Position numbers and translations under genes: made by a program
In this document: positions 39,828-49,459 of the stretch, in pieces
Position numbering within the stretch: position 1 is the first letter of the stretch
Layout of the letters: each line of letters begins with the position of its first letter
Notes under the pieces: generated by a model
Told to the model about the DNA's origin: nothing
Database searches by the model: none
Seen by the model: only the letters and a program-made list of their open reading frames with translations
Source: Clostridia bacterium
GTDB taxonomy: Bacteria > Bacillota > Clostridia > Christensenellales > DTU072
Assembly: GCA_045535785.1 (NCBI GenBank)
Contig: JAZSMH010000061.1
Span: forward strand, 7 to 64,006
Reading direction: 5' to 3'
Length of the DNA stretch: 64,000 bases

Positions 39828-40604
39828 ATGCAAAGAGTAATAGTGATTACGTCTGGTAAGGGCGGAGTAGGTAAAACAACCGTTTGTGCATCGATAGGTA
39901 AAGCACTAAGTAAGTTAGGTAAAAAGGTACTCTTAGTAGAAGGGGACATAGGTCTTAATAACCTTGACGTCGTCCTTCAAGTAGAAGACAAGGTTATCTA
40001 CGATGCTTCCGACGTCGTTAGAGGTAAGGCGACCGCAATTCAAGCGGTGATAGAAGTTGATAAGAATTTTTTCTTGTTCCCATCGACTAATATTAGTGAT
40101 GGATTAATTACCACAGAGAATTTCGTTAAGATAATAGAAGAGCTGAAGACGGAGTTTAATTACGTCATTATAGATAGCCCAGCTGGGATAGAAAGTAACT
40201 TCTATAGAGCTATTGCTAGCGCTGAAGAAAGCTTACTTGTAGTAACGCCCCACCTTTCGTCAGTTAGAGACGGAGCTAAGACAATAAGAATGTTGAACGA
40301 CGAGGGTATAACCAAGGTTGGATTGATAGTCAATAGAGTGCGAGGAGAATTCGTTGTAGACAAAAGCACCCTTTCACCCGACGAAATAGCAGAGATTACG
40401 GGGATACCTCTTTACGGTGTTATTCCCGAAGACGATAGCATTAACAAAAACGGCATGGTTAATTTTGACGACAAGCGCAACGGTGCAAGCTTTAGCTATC
40501 GCCTTATTGCTGAATATATTGACGGTAAGGATAAGAAGATATATAATTGTGAAAATGGTCATAACGGCTTAATTTCGCGCGTAAAAAGGTGGCTAACGAA
40601 ATGA
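39828..40604 (+). CDS. minD: Septum site-determining ATPase MinD
   Basis: 258 aa. Deviant Walker A SGKGGVGKTT, DSPAGIE switch, and a C-terminal amphipathic helix (LISRVKRWL). Confidence 0.92.
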   Translation: MQRVIVITSGKGGVGKTTVCASIGKALSKLGKKVLLVEGDIGLNNLDVVLQVEDKVIYDASDVVRGKATAIQAVIEVDKNFFLFPSTNISDGLITTENFVKIIEELKTEFNYVIIDSPAGIESNFYRAIASAEESLLVVTPHLSSVRDGAKTIRMLNDEGITKVGLIVNRVRGEFVVDKSTLSPDEIAEITGIPLYGVIPEDDSINKNGMVNFDDKRNGASFSYRLIAEYIDGKDKKIYNCENGHNGLISRVKRWLTK

Positions 40605-40840
40605 AAAAACAAAAGTTTTCCGCCGATTACGATAGGCTAAAAAAAATCGTCCTTGCCGATAACGTAAATCTCTCTAGCGCAACGACTGAACTCATGAAAA
40701 GTGACCTATATAACGTTCTTAATTGTTATTTTGAATTGAGTTCGGATATAAAAATAGCCGTCCTTGTCAACAAAGACGGCACTTATGGATTAGAGATTAA
40801 CACGACGGCAACGAAGACTAGAACGATAAAAATTATCTAA
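40601..40840 (+). CDS. minE: Cell division topological specificity factor MinE
   Basis: 79 aa from the ATG that overlaps the minD stop (ATGA). SADYDRLKKIVLADN...LMKSDLYNVLNCYFEL matches the MinE pattern (SA..AK.RL..I...DR....L...L..I.KY). Confidence 0.75.
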   Translation: MKKQKFSADYDRLKKIVLADNVNLSSATTELMKSDLYNVLNCYFELSSDIKIAVLVNKDGTYGLEINTTATKTRTIKII

Positions 40841-41916
40841 TCTTTGCTTGAGATTACTCCACCGCCCATACAAATAGTGTCTTTATATAGTACGCAGTAT
40901 TGACCGCAGGTTATAGCGCGTTGTTTTTCGTCAAAGAACACGTGTGCATTACCGTTTTCGTCAACTTGTACTTCCACCTCTTGCAAAGGTTGACGGTGAC
41001 GAATACGCGCAAGGTATCTTCCGTCGGTAAGTGGTTCGGTAATAGAATTAAATTGTTCGGTTATAAGAGATTTGGAATATAAATCTTCCGTTTCGCCTTG
41101 ATTTACGTAAAGCACGTTATTTAGGACGTCTTTTTTTATAATATACCAAGGCTCGTTATTGTTGGCACCCTTTACGCCACCTAGACCAAAACCCTTATGT
41201 TGACCTTCGGTATAATAGAATACCCCTTTGTGCGTGCCTATCACCTTATCGTTAAGGTCTCTAATTTCACCTTCTTTCATGGGTAAATATTGCGATAAGA
41301 ACTTGCGGAAATTCCTTTCACCAATGAAGCAAACACCGGTAGAATCTTTCTTCGTAGCGGTTATTAGTCCGTTATTCATTGCGATTTCACGAACAGCCTT
41401 CTTATCTACGAAGTTAGCAAGGGGAAAGAGTACGTTACTTATTTGTTCTTCGTTCACTTGATTTAGAAAATACGTTTGGTCCTTGTTTTCGTCTTTAGCA
41501 CGAGCAAGATAAGTCCTGCCGTTTTCTCTAACCACGTCACAGTAATGCCCCGTAGCGATGTAGTCCGCGCCTAGTTGCATTGCCTTATCGCGAAAAACTC
41601 CGAATTTTATTTCTTTGTTGCAAAGTACGTCGGGGTTAGGTGTGCGACCAAGTGAATATTCTTTAAGAAAATGCTCGAATACGTTTTGATAATATTCTTT
41701 GGAAAAGTCTACGGTGTAGTAGGGTATGCCGATAGCGGAGCAAACGCGCCTTACGTCGGTGTAATCACTTTCCGCAGTGCAACATCCGTCTTCGCTCGTC
41801 TCTTGCCAATTATGCATAAACAAGCCTATTACGTTATAGCCTTGCTCTTTAAGAAGTAGTGCGGCAACACTGCTATCCACGCCACCGCTCATTCCAACAA
41901 CTACCGTTTTTGCCAT
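40837..41916 (-). CDS. mnmA: tRNA 2-thiouridine(34) synthase MnmA
   Basis: PP-loop VGMSGGVDSSVAA and conserved Cys (TGVCF). Start at ATG 41916, with GGAG 7 nt upstream, rather than the TTG at 41928. Confidence 0.93.
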   Translation of the reverse strand: MAKTVVVGMSGGVDSSVAALLLKEQGYNVIGLFMHNWQETSEDGCCTAESDYTDVRRVCSAIGIPYYTVDFSKEYYQNVFEHFLKEYSLGRTPNPDVLCNKEIKFGVFRDKAMQLGADYIATGHYCDVVRENGRTYLARAKDENKDQTYFLNQVNEEQISNVLFPLANFVDKKAVREIAMNNGLITATKKDSTGVCFIGERNFRKFLSQYLPMKEGEIRDLNDKVIGTHKGVFYYTEGQHKGFGLGGVKGANNNEPWYIIKKDVLNNVLYVNQGETEDLYSKSLITEQFNSITEPLTDGRYLARIRHRQPLQEVEVQVDENGNAHVFFDEKQRAITCGQYCVLYKDTICMGGGVISSKD

Positions 41917-41967
41917 ATTTTTCTCCAATAATTGATATTTTCAGTTTAGCACAAAAACCGCCGAAAA

Positions 41968-43497
41968 TCAATTATTTAGACACTTTTTCTTTCTATGCAA
42001 TAATGGCGAGAATTTATGTAATATAATACCCCTAATATCGAGTACGTTAGTTATCAAACATAACGCTACGTACGCGCCTACAGATAACAATAAGGCAATG
42101 CCTAAACCTAGTATTTTGTTAAATGGTGAAATCAAATTGAATAGACATTTTCCAAAGAACGAGCAAGGTAAAGTAAAAATAATCACCAAGAACGCGTATT
42201 TTAAGAAATTTATTTCTAAATTAGTTGCCTTTCTTAACGACAATACGTTAAGTATAGCGGTAGTTAAAGTAGACAAAAAGGTCGCTACGGCAACGCTATA
42301 CATGCCGATATATTTAGGAAGAATTATTATTGCTATGATCATAAATACGTTACCTATCAAGAAGTTTACGAAAGACTGCAATTCTTTACCAATAGAATTG
42401 AGCGCACTTTGCGTCATTTGAGTAAGCACCATAGTAATAAGAAAATAAGTTGCGATTTGCAAATATTGCCCACTTATTGCATCTTTATATAGTAGTTCGG
42501 TGATTTGTGAACCGAGAGAAGAGTACGCCACGATAAAAAATCCACTTATAAGGAAAGAAAGGTTGATAGACAAAGATAGTTGTTTGTTAAGCTTAAAAAA
42601 GTCGTTCTTTACCATATTTGCACTCATTTCGGGCACAAGTACGATGCTTATTCCACTTATTATAGCGTTAGGTGCAAAAAGAAGGGGATTTGCCATACCC
42701 GATATTCTACCGTACGTTGCAGTCGCTTCCGAACCCGTCATACCACTCGTGACAAGTCGCAAAGGTAATACAAAGGCAACGAGCGTCGTAATCAAACTAG
42801 AGCATAATCTCATTGCGGTAAGGGGAATTGATGGCAACAAAATTTCGCGTAGAGATTTAGGCTTTGCTACTTTACCGCCTTGCGCAAAATAGATACAAAG
42901 TAAAATTATAGCAACGATAACGTCGCTTGCTGTAAAAGCTACCGCTATTGCGTATATTCCCTCTAACGCTGCGAAAATACCACTTATGAAGAGTATGCAA
43001 AATAGTATGCGTAACGCTTCTTCTATAGTTTCCGTTATCGAGAATGCCAAGAACTTTTTTTCTCCCCAAAACCAACCGCGCACGATAGAATATATCGTTG
43101 TAGATAGGAGCGCAGGTAGCATTATTAAGAAAATAGGTTGCGCCAACTCGCTTGCAAAAAGAAAACCTAAATTTTTACTAAATATCATTAGAAGAATGGT
43201 TACTACTAACGAAATTATTATTCCTAAACATAATGCGGACGTAAAAACAGGCGCGGAGTTTTTCTTGCCTAGCGCGTTATATTCCGCCGTCTTTCTGCTT
43301 AACACAAGCGGTATACCCGAAGAAGATAAGGAAGCAAAGGTAAAGAATGCCGATAATGCCATTTGATATATACCGAGTGCTTCCGCTCCTAGCGCACGCG
43401 AAAGATATATTTTGAATAAAAAGCTTAATAGCCTTGTAAAAACGCCAAATACGCTCACTAATGCGAACGCGCCCACCACTTTTTGTGACTTTTTCAT
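41968..43497 (-). CDS. MOP-superfamily flippase (SpoVB/MurJ-like polysaccharide biosynthesis protein)
   Basis: 509 aa with about 14 TM. The N-terminus FTRLLSFLFKIYLSRALGAEALGIYQMA is typical of SpoVB-type Polysacc_synt proteins. Confidence 0.75.
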   Translation of the reverse strand: MKKSQKVVGAFALVSVFGVFTRLLSFLFKIYLSRALGAEALGIYQMALSAFFTFASLSSSGIPLVLSRKTAEYNALGKKNSAPVFTSALCLGIIISLVVTILLMIFSKNLGFLFASELAQPIFLIMLPALLSTTIYSIVRGWFWGEKKFLAFSITETIEEALRILFCILFISGIFAALEGIYAIAVAFTASDVIVAIILLCIYFAQGGKVAKPKSLREILLPSIPLTAMRLCSSLITTLVAFVLPLRLVTSGMTGSEATATYGRISGMANPLLFAPNAIISGISIVLVPEMSANMVKNDFFKLNKQLSLSINLSFLISGFFIVAYSSLGSQITELLYKDAISGQYLQIATYFLITMVLTQMTQSALNSIGKELQSFVNFLIGNVFMIIAIIILPKYIGMYSVAVATFLSTLTTAILNVLSLRKATNLEINFLKYAFLVIIFTLPCSFFGKCLFNLISPFNKILGLGIALLLSVGAYVALCLITNVLDIRGIILHKFSPLLHRKKKCLNN

Positions 43498-43570
43498 ATT
43501 AAATACTATGTTGTAAGCATAATTTTATGTATTTACTTGACTAAGCCTAGAAAAAAAGAATAAAATAAAA

Positions 43571-43668
43571 TTGCAGAGTAAACAAGATGCGTTAAGTGTT
43601 GCAAAATGGGATGTTGTTTGCAAACGAAAACGTAAGTACGTTGCGATGTCTTGTTGCGTCCGTTGCGA
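43571..43668 (+). promoter_or_regulatory. THF (tetrahydrofolate) riboswitch
   Basis: GCAGAGTAAACAAGATGCGTTAAGTGTTGCAAAATGGGATGTTGTTTGCAAACGAAAACGTAAGTACGTTGCGATGTCTTGTTGCGTCCGTTGC aligns block for block with the THF aptamer as I remember it (AGAGUAG...GCGUUAAGUG...AAUGGGAUGU...ACGAAGCG...UUGCAUCCGCU). It sits upstream of an ECF S component. Confidence 0.85.
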
Positions 43669-43717
43669 GAGATTTATTTTTTCGTAAATGGCCACCTGTA
43701 TTGGAGGTTATTTTTTT

Positions 43718-44266
43718 ATGAAGGAAAAAAGAAAAGCGAGAATTAAAAAAATTTGCTACACCGCGCTCTTTACCGCGCTCAGCGTAGTAGCGAATATCTT
43801 TACTTTGTATTTCGGTGTCAATTCAAGTAATGCAGTTAGCTTTAATTATACCGTTTGTTTTTTAGGCGGTGCAATACTAGGTCCTATATGGGGATTCTTA
43901 GTGGGTGCCTGCGGTGATGCACTCGGTTGGCTCATTAATTCGACGGGCGGTGCGTTTAATCCCGCCGTTACGGTAGTAAGCGGTCTTATAGGCGTTATAT
44001 CTGGGCTCGTATTTATGATAGCTAAGAAAAAAGGCGCGGACAAAAAAGGCAAACTAATCGTACTTACTATAATATCGTACCTATTCATATTGCTTATTTG
44101 TACCAACCTTAATACCATCAGTATGTACTACTACTATATGTCTGCTAAGTATTCTTTCTGGGCGTATTACGTGATAAGAATGCCTAAGCAAATAATATTC
44201 TGGGCAATCAATCTAGTAATATCGATGATCGTGGTTATCCCCATCAAAAAGCTAGTAAAAATATAG
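43718..44266 (+). CDS. folT: ECF transporter S component, folate family (FolT-like)
   Basis: 182 aa from ATG 43718 (GGAGG upstream), 5-6 TM, directly downstream of the THF riboswitch. Confidence 0.7.
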   Translation: MKEKRKARIKKICYTALFTALSVVANIFTLYFGVNSSNAVSFNYTVCFLGGAILGPIWGFLVGACGDALGWLINSTGGAFNPAVTVVSGLIGVISGLVFMIAKKKGADKKGKLIVLTIISYLFILLICTNLNTISMYYYYMSAKYSFWAYYVIRMPKQIIFWAINLVISMIVVIPIKKLVKI

Positions 44267-44294
44267 TTATTTGTATCCTATGCTACAAATAAAT

Positions 44295-44327
44295 AGTAAA
44301 AAAACGGAATCAATATCCGTTTTTTTC
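44295..44327 (+). terminator. Intrinsic terminator after the folT-like gene
   Basis: AAAAAAACGGA-loop-TCCGTTTTTTT. Confidence 0.65.
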
Positions 44328-44424
44328 ATTTTATAAAAAAATCATCAAAAATTGCACAGATTCATTTTCTTGTGATTTTTTATAAAAATCGCGTTTTTTA
44401 CCGAAAAAAATTCAAACTATACCC

Positions 44425-44453
44425 TTGCGTTATTCGCGCGCATTTGTTATAAT
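44425..44453 (+). promoter_or_regulatory. Consensus-like sigma-70 promoter of the GH2-like gene
   Basis: TTGCGT (44425-44430), 17-nt spacer TATTCGCGCGCATTTGT, TATAAT (44448-44453) preceded by TGT. Confidence 0.6.
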
Positions 44454-44591
44454 AAAAACACTAGTTAATATAATAAAAGCAAGAGTCTTTTATTTTCCGT
44501 TAAGCGTTGACTACGGATAAGGGGAGTAGTAGCGGTGCTTACGGGTATTGACTGCAAAAAATAAATTTAGAATTTAAAGGAAAATGCCTTT

Positions 44592-47500
44592 ATGATATAC
44601 AACTTAATACAAGGCCTATGCCTATGTGCTTTTGCACCTAGCTTAGGTTTGACGGCACCGCGTGCCGATTTTGTTCCGTATTCGGGAGCAAGCGCGTGTG
44701 GCTTTTCTTCGTGGAATGATTCCGCGGAGAGTTCACGCTATGCTGTTTTGAACGGCAGTTGGGATTTTTATTACGCGCCCGCGCCCGTAGGTAAGATTGA
44801 TTCAAGCAAAATTGCTTGGCAATCAATAACCGTTCCTTCCGCTTGGGAAACGTACGATATTTTTAACAATTCATCAAAAAAGCACAAAAAATCATCCCAA
44901 AATCTTGTGGGTATATATCGCAAGGTCGTTAATATCGACGATATTGATAACCAATATTTTTTGAATATCGACAAGGTTTACGGTTTTGTAGAAGTTCTTC
45001 TTAACGGTCAGTCCGTTGGCTATTCGATGACGGGAAGTGGCGAATTCGACTTGTCTAAAAACGTTGTTTTAGGTGATAACGAACTAATAATTGCCGTTAC
45101 CGATAACTCGTCTTTGACGAAATTTTCCGACGTTAAGCTACCTAATTTAAGGGGAATCGTAGGTAACGTAAGCTTAACAACTCGTAAAAATGCTTATCTA
45201 GAAAGTTACGTTATTAACGTAAATTCTTGCGACGTAGAGAAGAATGCAGAGCTAGAATTAACGGTAAAAGGTGGAGATAAAGTAACCGCCAGAATAGAAC
45301 TTTATGATAAGAAAATCGTAAAAAGCGTGCAATCTGCGGAAGTTATCGACGGCAAAGTTAAGTTCACTTTGAGCGGAGATTACAAGACCTATTCACCCGA
45401 GAATCCCTATCTCTACGACTTATACGTAAGTATTTTCTTAGAAAATAAAGAAGTTGAATGCGTTCCTGTCAAAGTAGGTTTTGGTAGCGTTGAGATAAAA
45501 GAAAAAGAAGTCTACGTAAGCGGTGCTCCGTATGTATTAAAGGGCGTACACTACGATTGCGTAGTTAATTCAAACGGCAACGTTATGACTCAAAGTGACT
45601 ACGAAAAAGATATGCTTTTACTAAAAAGTCATAACCTAAATGCAGTTTTAGTTGACGAAATAATGCCTTCTAGTTTTTATTTTGCTTGTCAAAAACACGG
45701 TATTATCGTAACAACTAATCCCGTTACCAATATGCAAAAATTTGCTAAACGCGGTAAAAAAGCGAATATTTATAACAATGCACAAGGATTTGTTGAGGCA
45801 TTCAACGCAAAGGTTAACGCTTACAACGATACCGTTGTTTGCGTAGCAAATATTGACTTTTTACGTAATGCAGACGTATTGACTGCGCCTAGTATTAACA
45901 AGGCTATTAACGACGTATTGACTGTCAAAAAAGCCGTTATAGTAACCGATTTTGTAATAGGCAAGACGGAAGCTTCCGCTAAGTTCGACGAATATCTAGA
46001 CACCCTTACCAAAGAAGACGGTTTCGGCGGTATTTTTGTCAAAGATTTTAAGAATACGTTTGTAAATAAAGCAAAGCAACCCTTATTTAGCAATAACAAC
46101 GAGCCTAGCAAGAACGCACTTTTGTATAAGTATGCTGCTCGTCCTTTGAGAGCGCTCATTAAGAACAATAGACACGTAGAAGTAATCAATACTAGAGCGT
46201 TTATCGATAGTAGCGATATAAAAATCAACGTGTTCAAAATTCGTGGTGAAAGCGACCAAAAGATAGGCACTTTCTTACCTACCATTGCCCCCGGCGGAGC
46301 AATAGGCTACGATATGTACCTAGGTGAATACGATGCCGGTATAAAACTTTTGGTTGAATACGTTAATAAATTCACGGGTGAACATATCGCAAGTGAATAT
46401 CTAAACCTAGTTAACGTTGAAGAAATTTTAGAAAAATCTATAGATCTTCGTTGTAAGAACTTCGGTTATAGAGTAAATAAGAGAATTTTCTCGTTGAGAG
46501 AACTTTCCGAAAACGTTCTTCCCGCTAGAGCGTACTTCGTACCATATTCGGGCGAAAGAGCAAGCTTAGGTACGGGCGCGTTCACGGTAAGGAAGCGTAG
46601 CGATAGAGTAGTTAGTCTATCTGGAAGTTGGGATTTTGCATACTTTAGAAGCAATCCACCCACCGAGTTTAGAAGCGATAGCATTAGTTGGGATAGCATA
46701 AATTTACCTTGTACGTGGGAGAGCGCGGGTTACGAACCCTTCGAATTCACCCAAGGTTATCCTTTCGATGCTAATTTGAAGACCTTTGAGATTATTCCTA
46801 CGTCTACCCCTAACAGTACGGGTATTTATAGGAAGATAATCAATATCGGTGACACCGCCAACGGTCATATAATTTCGTTTAGCAAAGTTTACGGCAGTAT
46901 AGAACTTCACGTTAACGGAAGATACGTTGGTTACAGTATGCTTGGCACCGCAGAATTCGATATCAGCTCTTATCTAAATCTAGGCGAGAACGAAATTGTC
47001 GTTATTGTAAAGAAATGGACGCCCCTTGCATTCTTGGACGGCGGTGATAATTTCAACGCAAGCGGTATCATAGGGGAAGTAACCCTTATCCGTACTCGTC
47101 CTTGCAGTCTAGTTGACTACGATATTTTGGTAAGAAAACAAGGCCCCGAATATCTCGTTGATATGACTTTCTTGTTCGCAGGAAGCAACGCTAACGTAAA
47201 AATAGAACTTAAGAACGATAACGAAACTATCTTTGAAAAGACAACTAAAATAGAAGATAATCTTATAACTATCGGCATTGCAGGTAATTTCATCGGATAT
47301 TCTATCGAGAATCCCAAACTTTACGACTTATTCATTAAAGTAGTTGAGAATGGCTTCGTTAGCGAATGTACCCCCATAAAAGTTGGTTTTTCGCATCTAG
47401 ATATAGTAGGCGACACCGCCTTTTACAACGATAAACCTATCAAACTTCGTGGTGTTACGTACAATCCTTTGTACAATACGCGTGGCGAGCTTCTTACCGA

Positions 47501-49343
47501 CAACGACGTAAAGAAAGACCTTGCGCTTATCAAAGACTACGGCTTTAACATGATTCAACCTTTGCACTACGTAAGTGCGGAGATGGTAAGATATTGCAAA
47601 GAAATAGGTCTTTTCGTATTGCCTAGACTAGGTATCAACACCCAAGGTTGTGGCAAAATTAACGAAAAAATGCGCCAAGCGGTAGTCAACAACGGTAAGT
47701 TCGAGAAGTTGATAAATACCGTTGTAGAATACGCTTATTCGCGCGATAAAGACTGCGTTAATATTCCGTTCTATCAATTCGTAGAAGACGGTAACACGCG
47801 TTGCATTAAGAGTGCAACCAATATGTTAAAAGAATGGATGGATAAGCCCATACTTTCTTACGGTAACAATGGTGACGCGGTTAGCGCATGCTATCCTACC
47901 ATTAACGGTGTGCTTGACTTAATCAACGACACTATGGGTAAAAAACCCGTATTCTTCACCAAGTACGCATATTCAAAAGGTATCGGTTGTGCGACCATGC
48001 ACGAATACGAAGACCTTATCTCTAATTCGCCTTGCTGTATGGGCGGATGCGTAGCGCACTTTACCGACGATTTTGTAAAAGATTCGGGCAACAAAGCGGT
48101 AGGCTTGTTTACCTATGATAGAAAGCCTTATCCCGCTGCCGATAGCATCAAATATATCTATCGCCCCATTAAGACCGAATTGTCGCAAGATTTATCTACC
48201 ATTGTAATAAGTAACTTAAATAAGTTCATTACCACGGCTAAATATAAACTCGTTCTAAAAGTTATGCAAAACGGACATCCCGTTACCGTTAGCGAAATTG
48301 ATCCCGACATTTTACCGGGTAGCGACAAAGAATACGATTTCGTTTGCGGACATATCGACGGCGACTGTTACCTTAACGTTGAATGCGTAGATAAAACTAC
48401 GGGCAAAACGGTAAGCGTAGAACAACACGTATTTAACAAAGAACTTCCACGTATCGAGCCTACCATAGGTAAAGAAGATTTGAAATTCACCGAATTGTAC
48501 GACACGGTAGAAATCCAATTCGACTGCGGTGCGGTTACTTTCAATAAATCACTAGGCTGTATCACTCGTTATAGCATAATGGGTAAGGACGTGCTCAAGC
48601 CCGAAAGCAAAGCAAAAGGCGCAGGAAGCTTCGTTACTAATATCTATCGTCCTTTCGTCCGCAACATGAACGAACAATTCCCGACGCATAGAATGGAAGT
48701 AAAAGACTTCGAGATAGAGAATAGTAACAACAAGAAAGAAGTCCACGTCAATATCGAGAGCGTAATAATGCAAGGTAAAAAAGAAAACTTTGCAATTCAA
48801 GATAAATACATCGTACGCGCAAGCGGTGAGATAGAAGTATTTAGCGTGCTTACGCCTTTAAGACGCGGTCTTCCCGTTATGGACTGCTTCGGAAAACAAC
48901 TTCGTTTGCGTAACACCTTCGGTAACGTTATTTACTACGGCAATGGCGAAAGCGATAACTATATCGATATGAAAGAACATACCACTATGGGTATCTACGC
49001 ACATAACGTAGATAAAACGTTCTCAAAACTCACCACCTTGCAAGAAGCAGGCAACCGTACCGACGTAAGATATGCCGAAATCGTTGACGACCACGGTGAC
49101 GGAATAATGCTCGTAGCTAATAAGAATCCTTATCAATTAAGAGTGAGCCCTTATAGCGATAAAGAAATCTACGACGGCTATCATAGTGGCAAGAAGTGCG
49201 AACAAAGCGGTGTTTACGTCGACGTCAACGCAATAGTAAGCGGTATAGGCACTACCAACGACGGCAAGCCTTTACCTCAATACGTAATTATCCCAGCAGA
49301 ACATATCTTACACTTTACCTTAATTCCTATCCATAAGAATTAA
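44592..49343 (+). CDS. 1,583-aa cytoplasmic protein with two tandem glycoside hydrolase family 2 (beta-galactosidase-like) modules and one C-terminal Bgal_small_N-like domain
   Basis: The N-terminal GH2 pattern (FVPYSG...LNGSWDF...W..I.VP..WE...GIYRK...) occurs at about aa 25-110 and again at about aa 640-740. The C-terminus (GNGESDNYIDMKEHTTMGIY...EAGNRTDVRY) resembles the LacZ domain 5. No signal peptide. Confidence 0.75.
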   Translation: MIYNLIQGLCLCAFAPSLGLTAPRADFVPYSGASACGFSSWNDSAESSRYAVLNGSWDFYYAPAPVGKIDSSKIAWQSITVPSAWETYDIFNNSSKKHKKSSQNLVGIYRKVVNIDDIDNQYFLNIDKVYGFVEVLLNGQSVGYSMTGSGEFDLSKNVVLGDNELIIAVTDNSSLTKFSDVKLPNLRGIVGNVSLTTRKNAYLESYVINVNSCDVEKNAELELTVKGGDKVTARIELYDKKIVKSVQSAEVIDGKVKFTLSGDYKTYSPENPYLYDLYVSIFLENKEVECVPVKVGFGSVEIKEKEVYVSGAPYVLKGVHYDCVVNSNGNVMTQSDYEKDMLLLKSHNLNAVLVDEIMPSSFYFACQKHGIIVTTNPVTNMQKFAKRGKKANIYNNAQGFVEAFNAKVNAYNDTVVCVANIDFLRNADVLTAPSINKAINDVLTVKKAVIVTDFVIGKTEASAKFDEYLDTLTKEDGFGGIFVKDFKNTFVNKAKQPLFSNNNEPSKNALLYKYAARPLRALIKNNRHVEVINTRAFIDSSDIKINVFKIRGESDQKIGTFLPTIAPGGAIGYDMYLGEYDAGIKLLVEYVNKFTGEHIASEYLNLVNVEEILEKSIDLRCKNFGYRVNKRIFSLRELSENVLPARAYFVPYSGERASLGTGAFTVRKRSDRVVSLSGSWDFAYFRSNPPTEFRSDSISWDSINLPCTWESAGYEPFEFTQGYPFDANLKTFEIIPTSTPNSTGIYRKIINIGDTANGHIISFSKVYGSIELHVNGRYVGYSMLGTAEFDISSYLNLGENEIVVIVKKWTPLAFLDGGDNFNASGIIGEVTLIRTRPCSLVDYDILVRKQGPEYLVDMTFLFAGSNANVKIELKNDNETIFEKTTKIEDNLITIGIAGNFIGYSIENPKLYDLFIKVVENGFVSECTPIKVGFSHLDIVGDTAFYNDKPIKLRGVTYNPLYNTRGELLTDNDVKKDLALIKDYGFNMIQPLHYVSAEMVRYCKEIGLFVLPRLGINTQGCGKINEKMRQAVVNNGKFEKLINTVVEYAYSRDKDCVNIPFYQFVEDGNTRCIKSATNMLKEWMDKPILSYGNNGDAVSACYPTINGVLDLINDTMGKKPVFFTKYAYSKGIGCATMHEYEDLISNSPCCMGGCVAHFTDDFVKDSGNKAVGLFTYDRKPYPAADSIKYIYRPIKTELSQDLSTIVISNLNKFITTAKYKLVLKVMQNGHPVTVSEIDPDILPGSDKEYDFVCGHIDGDCYLNVECVDKTTGKTVSVEQHVFNKELPRIEPTIGKEDLKFTELYDTVEIQFDCGAVTFNKSLGCITRYSIMGKDVLKPESKAKGAGSFVTNIYRPFVRNMNEQFPTHRMEVKDFEIENSNNKKEVHVNIESVIMQGKKENFAIQDKYIVRASGEIEVFSVLTPLRRGLPVMDCFGKQLRLRNTFGNVIYYGNGESDNYIDMKEHTTMGIYAHNVDKTFSKLTTLQEAGNRTDVRYAEIVDDHGDGIMLVANKNPYQLRVSPYSDKEIYDGYHSGKKCEQSGVYVDVNAIVSGIGTTNDGKPLPQYVIIPAEHILHFTLIPIHKN

Positions 49344-49360
49344 TACAAACAAAAAAATAT

Positions 49361-49383
49361 ACGCCCGAAAGGGCGTTTTTTTT
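49361..49383 (+). terminator. Intrinsic terminator
   Basis: ACGCCC-GAAA-GGGCGT followed by T8. Confidence 0.85.
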
Positions 49384-49459
49384 ATTGCTAAAAAAAGTAT
49401 ACAAACGGTGTTTTTGACAATAATCATTGTATCTATCAAAAAAAAGGAGATTAATGAAT

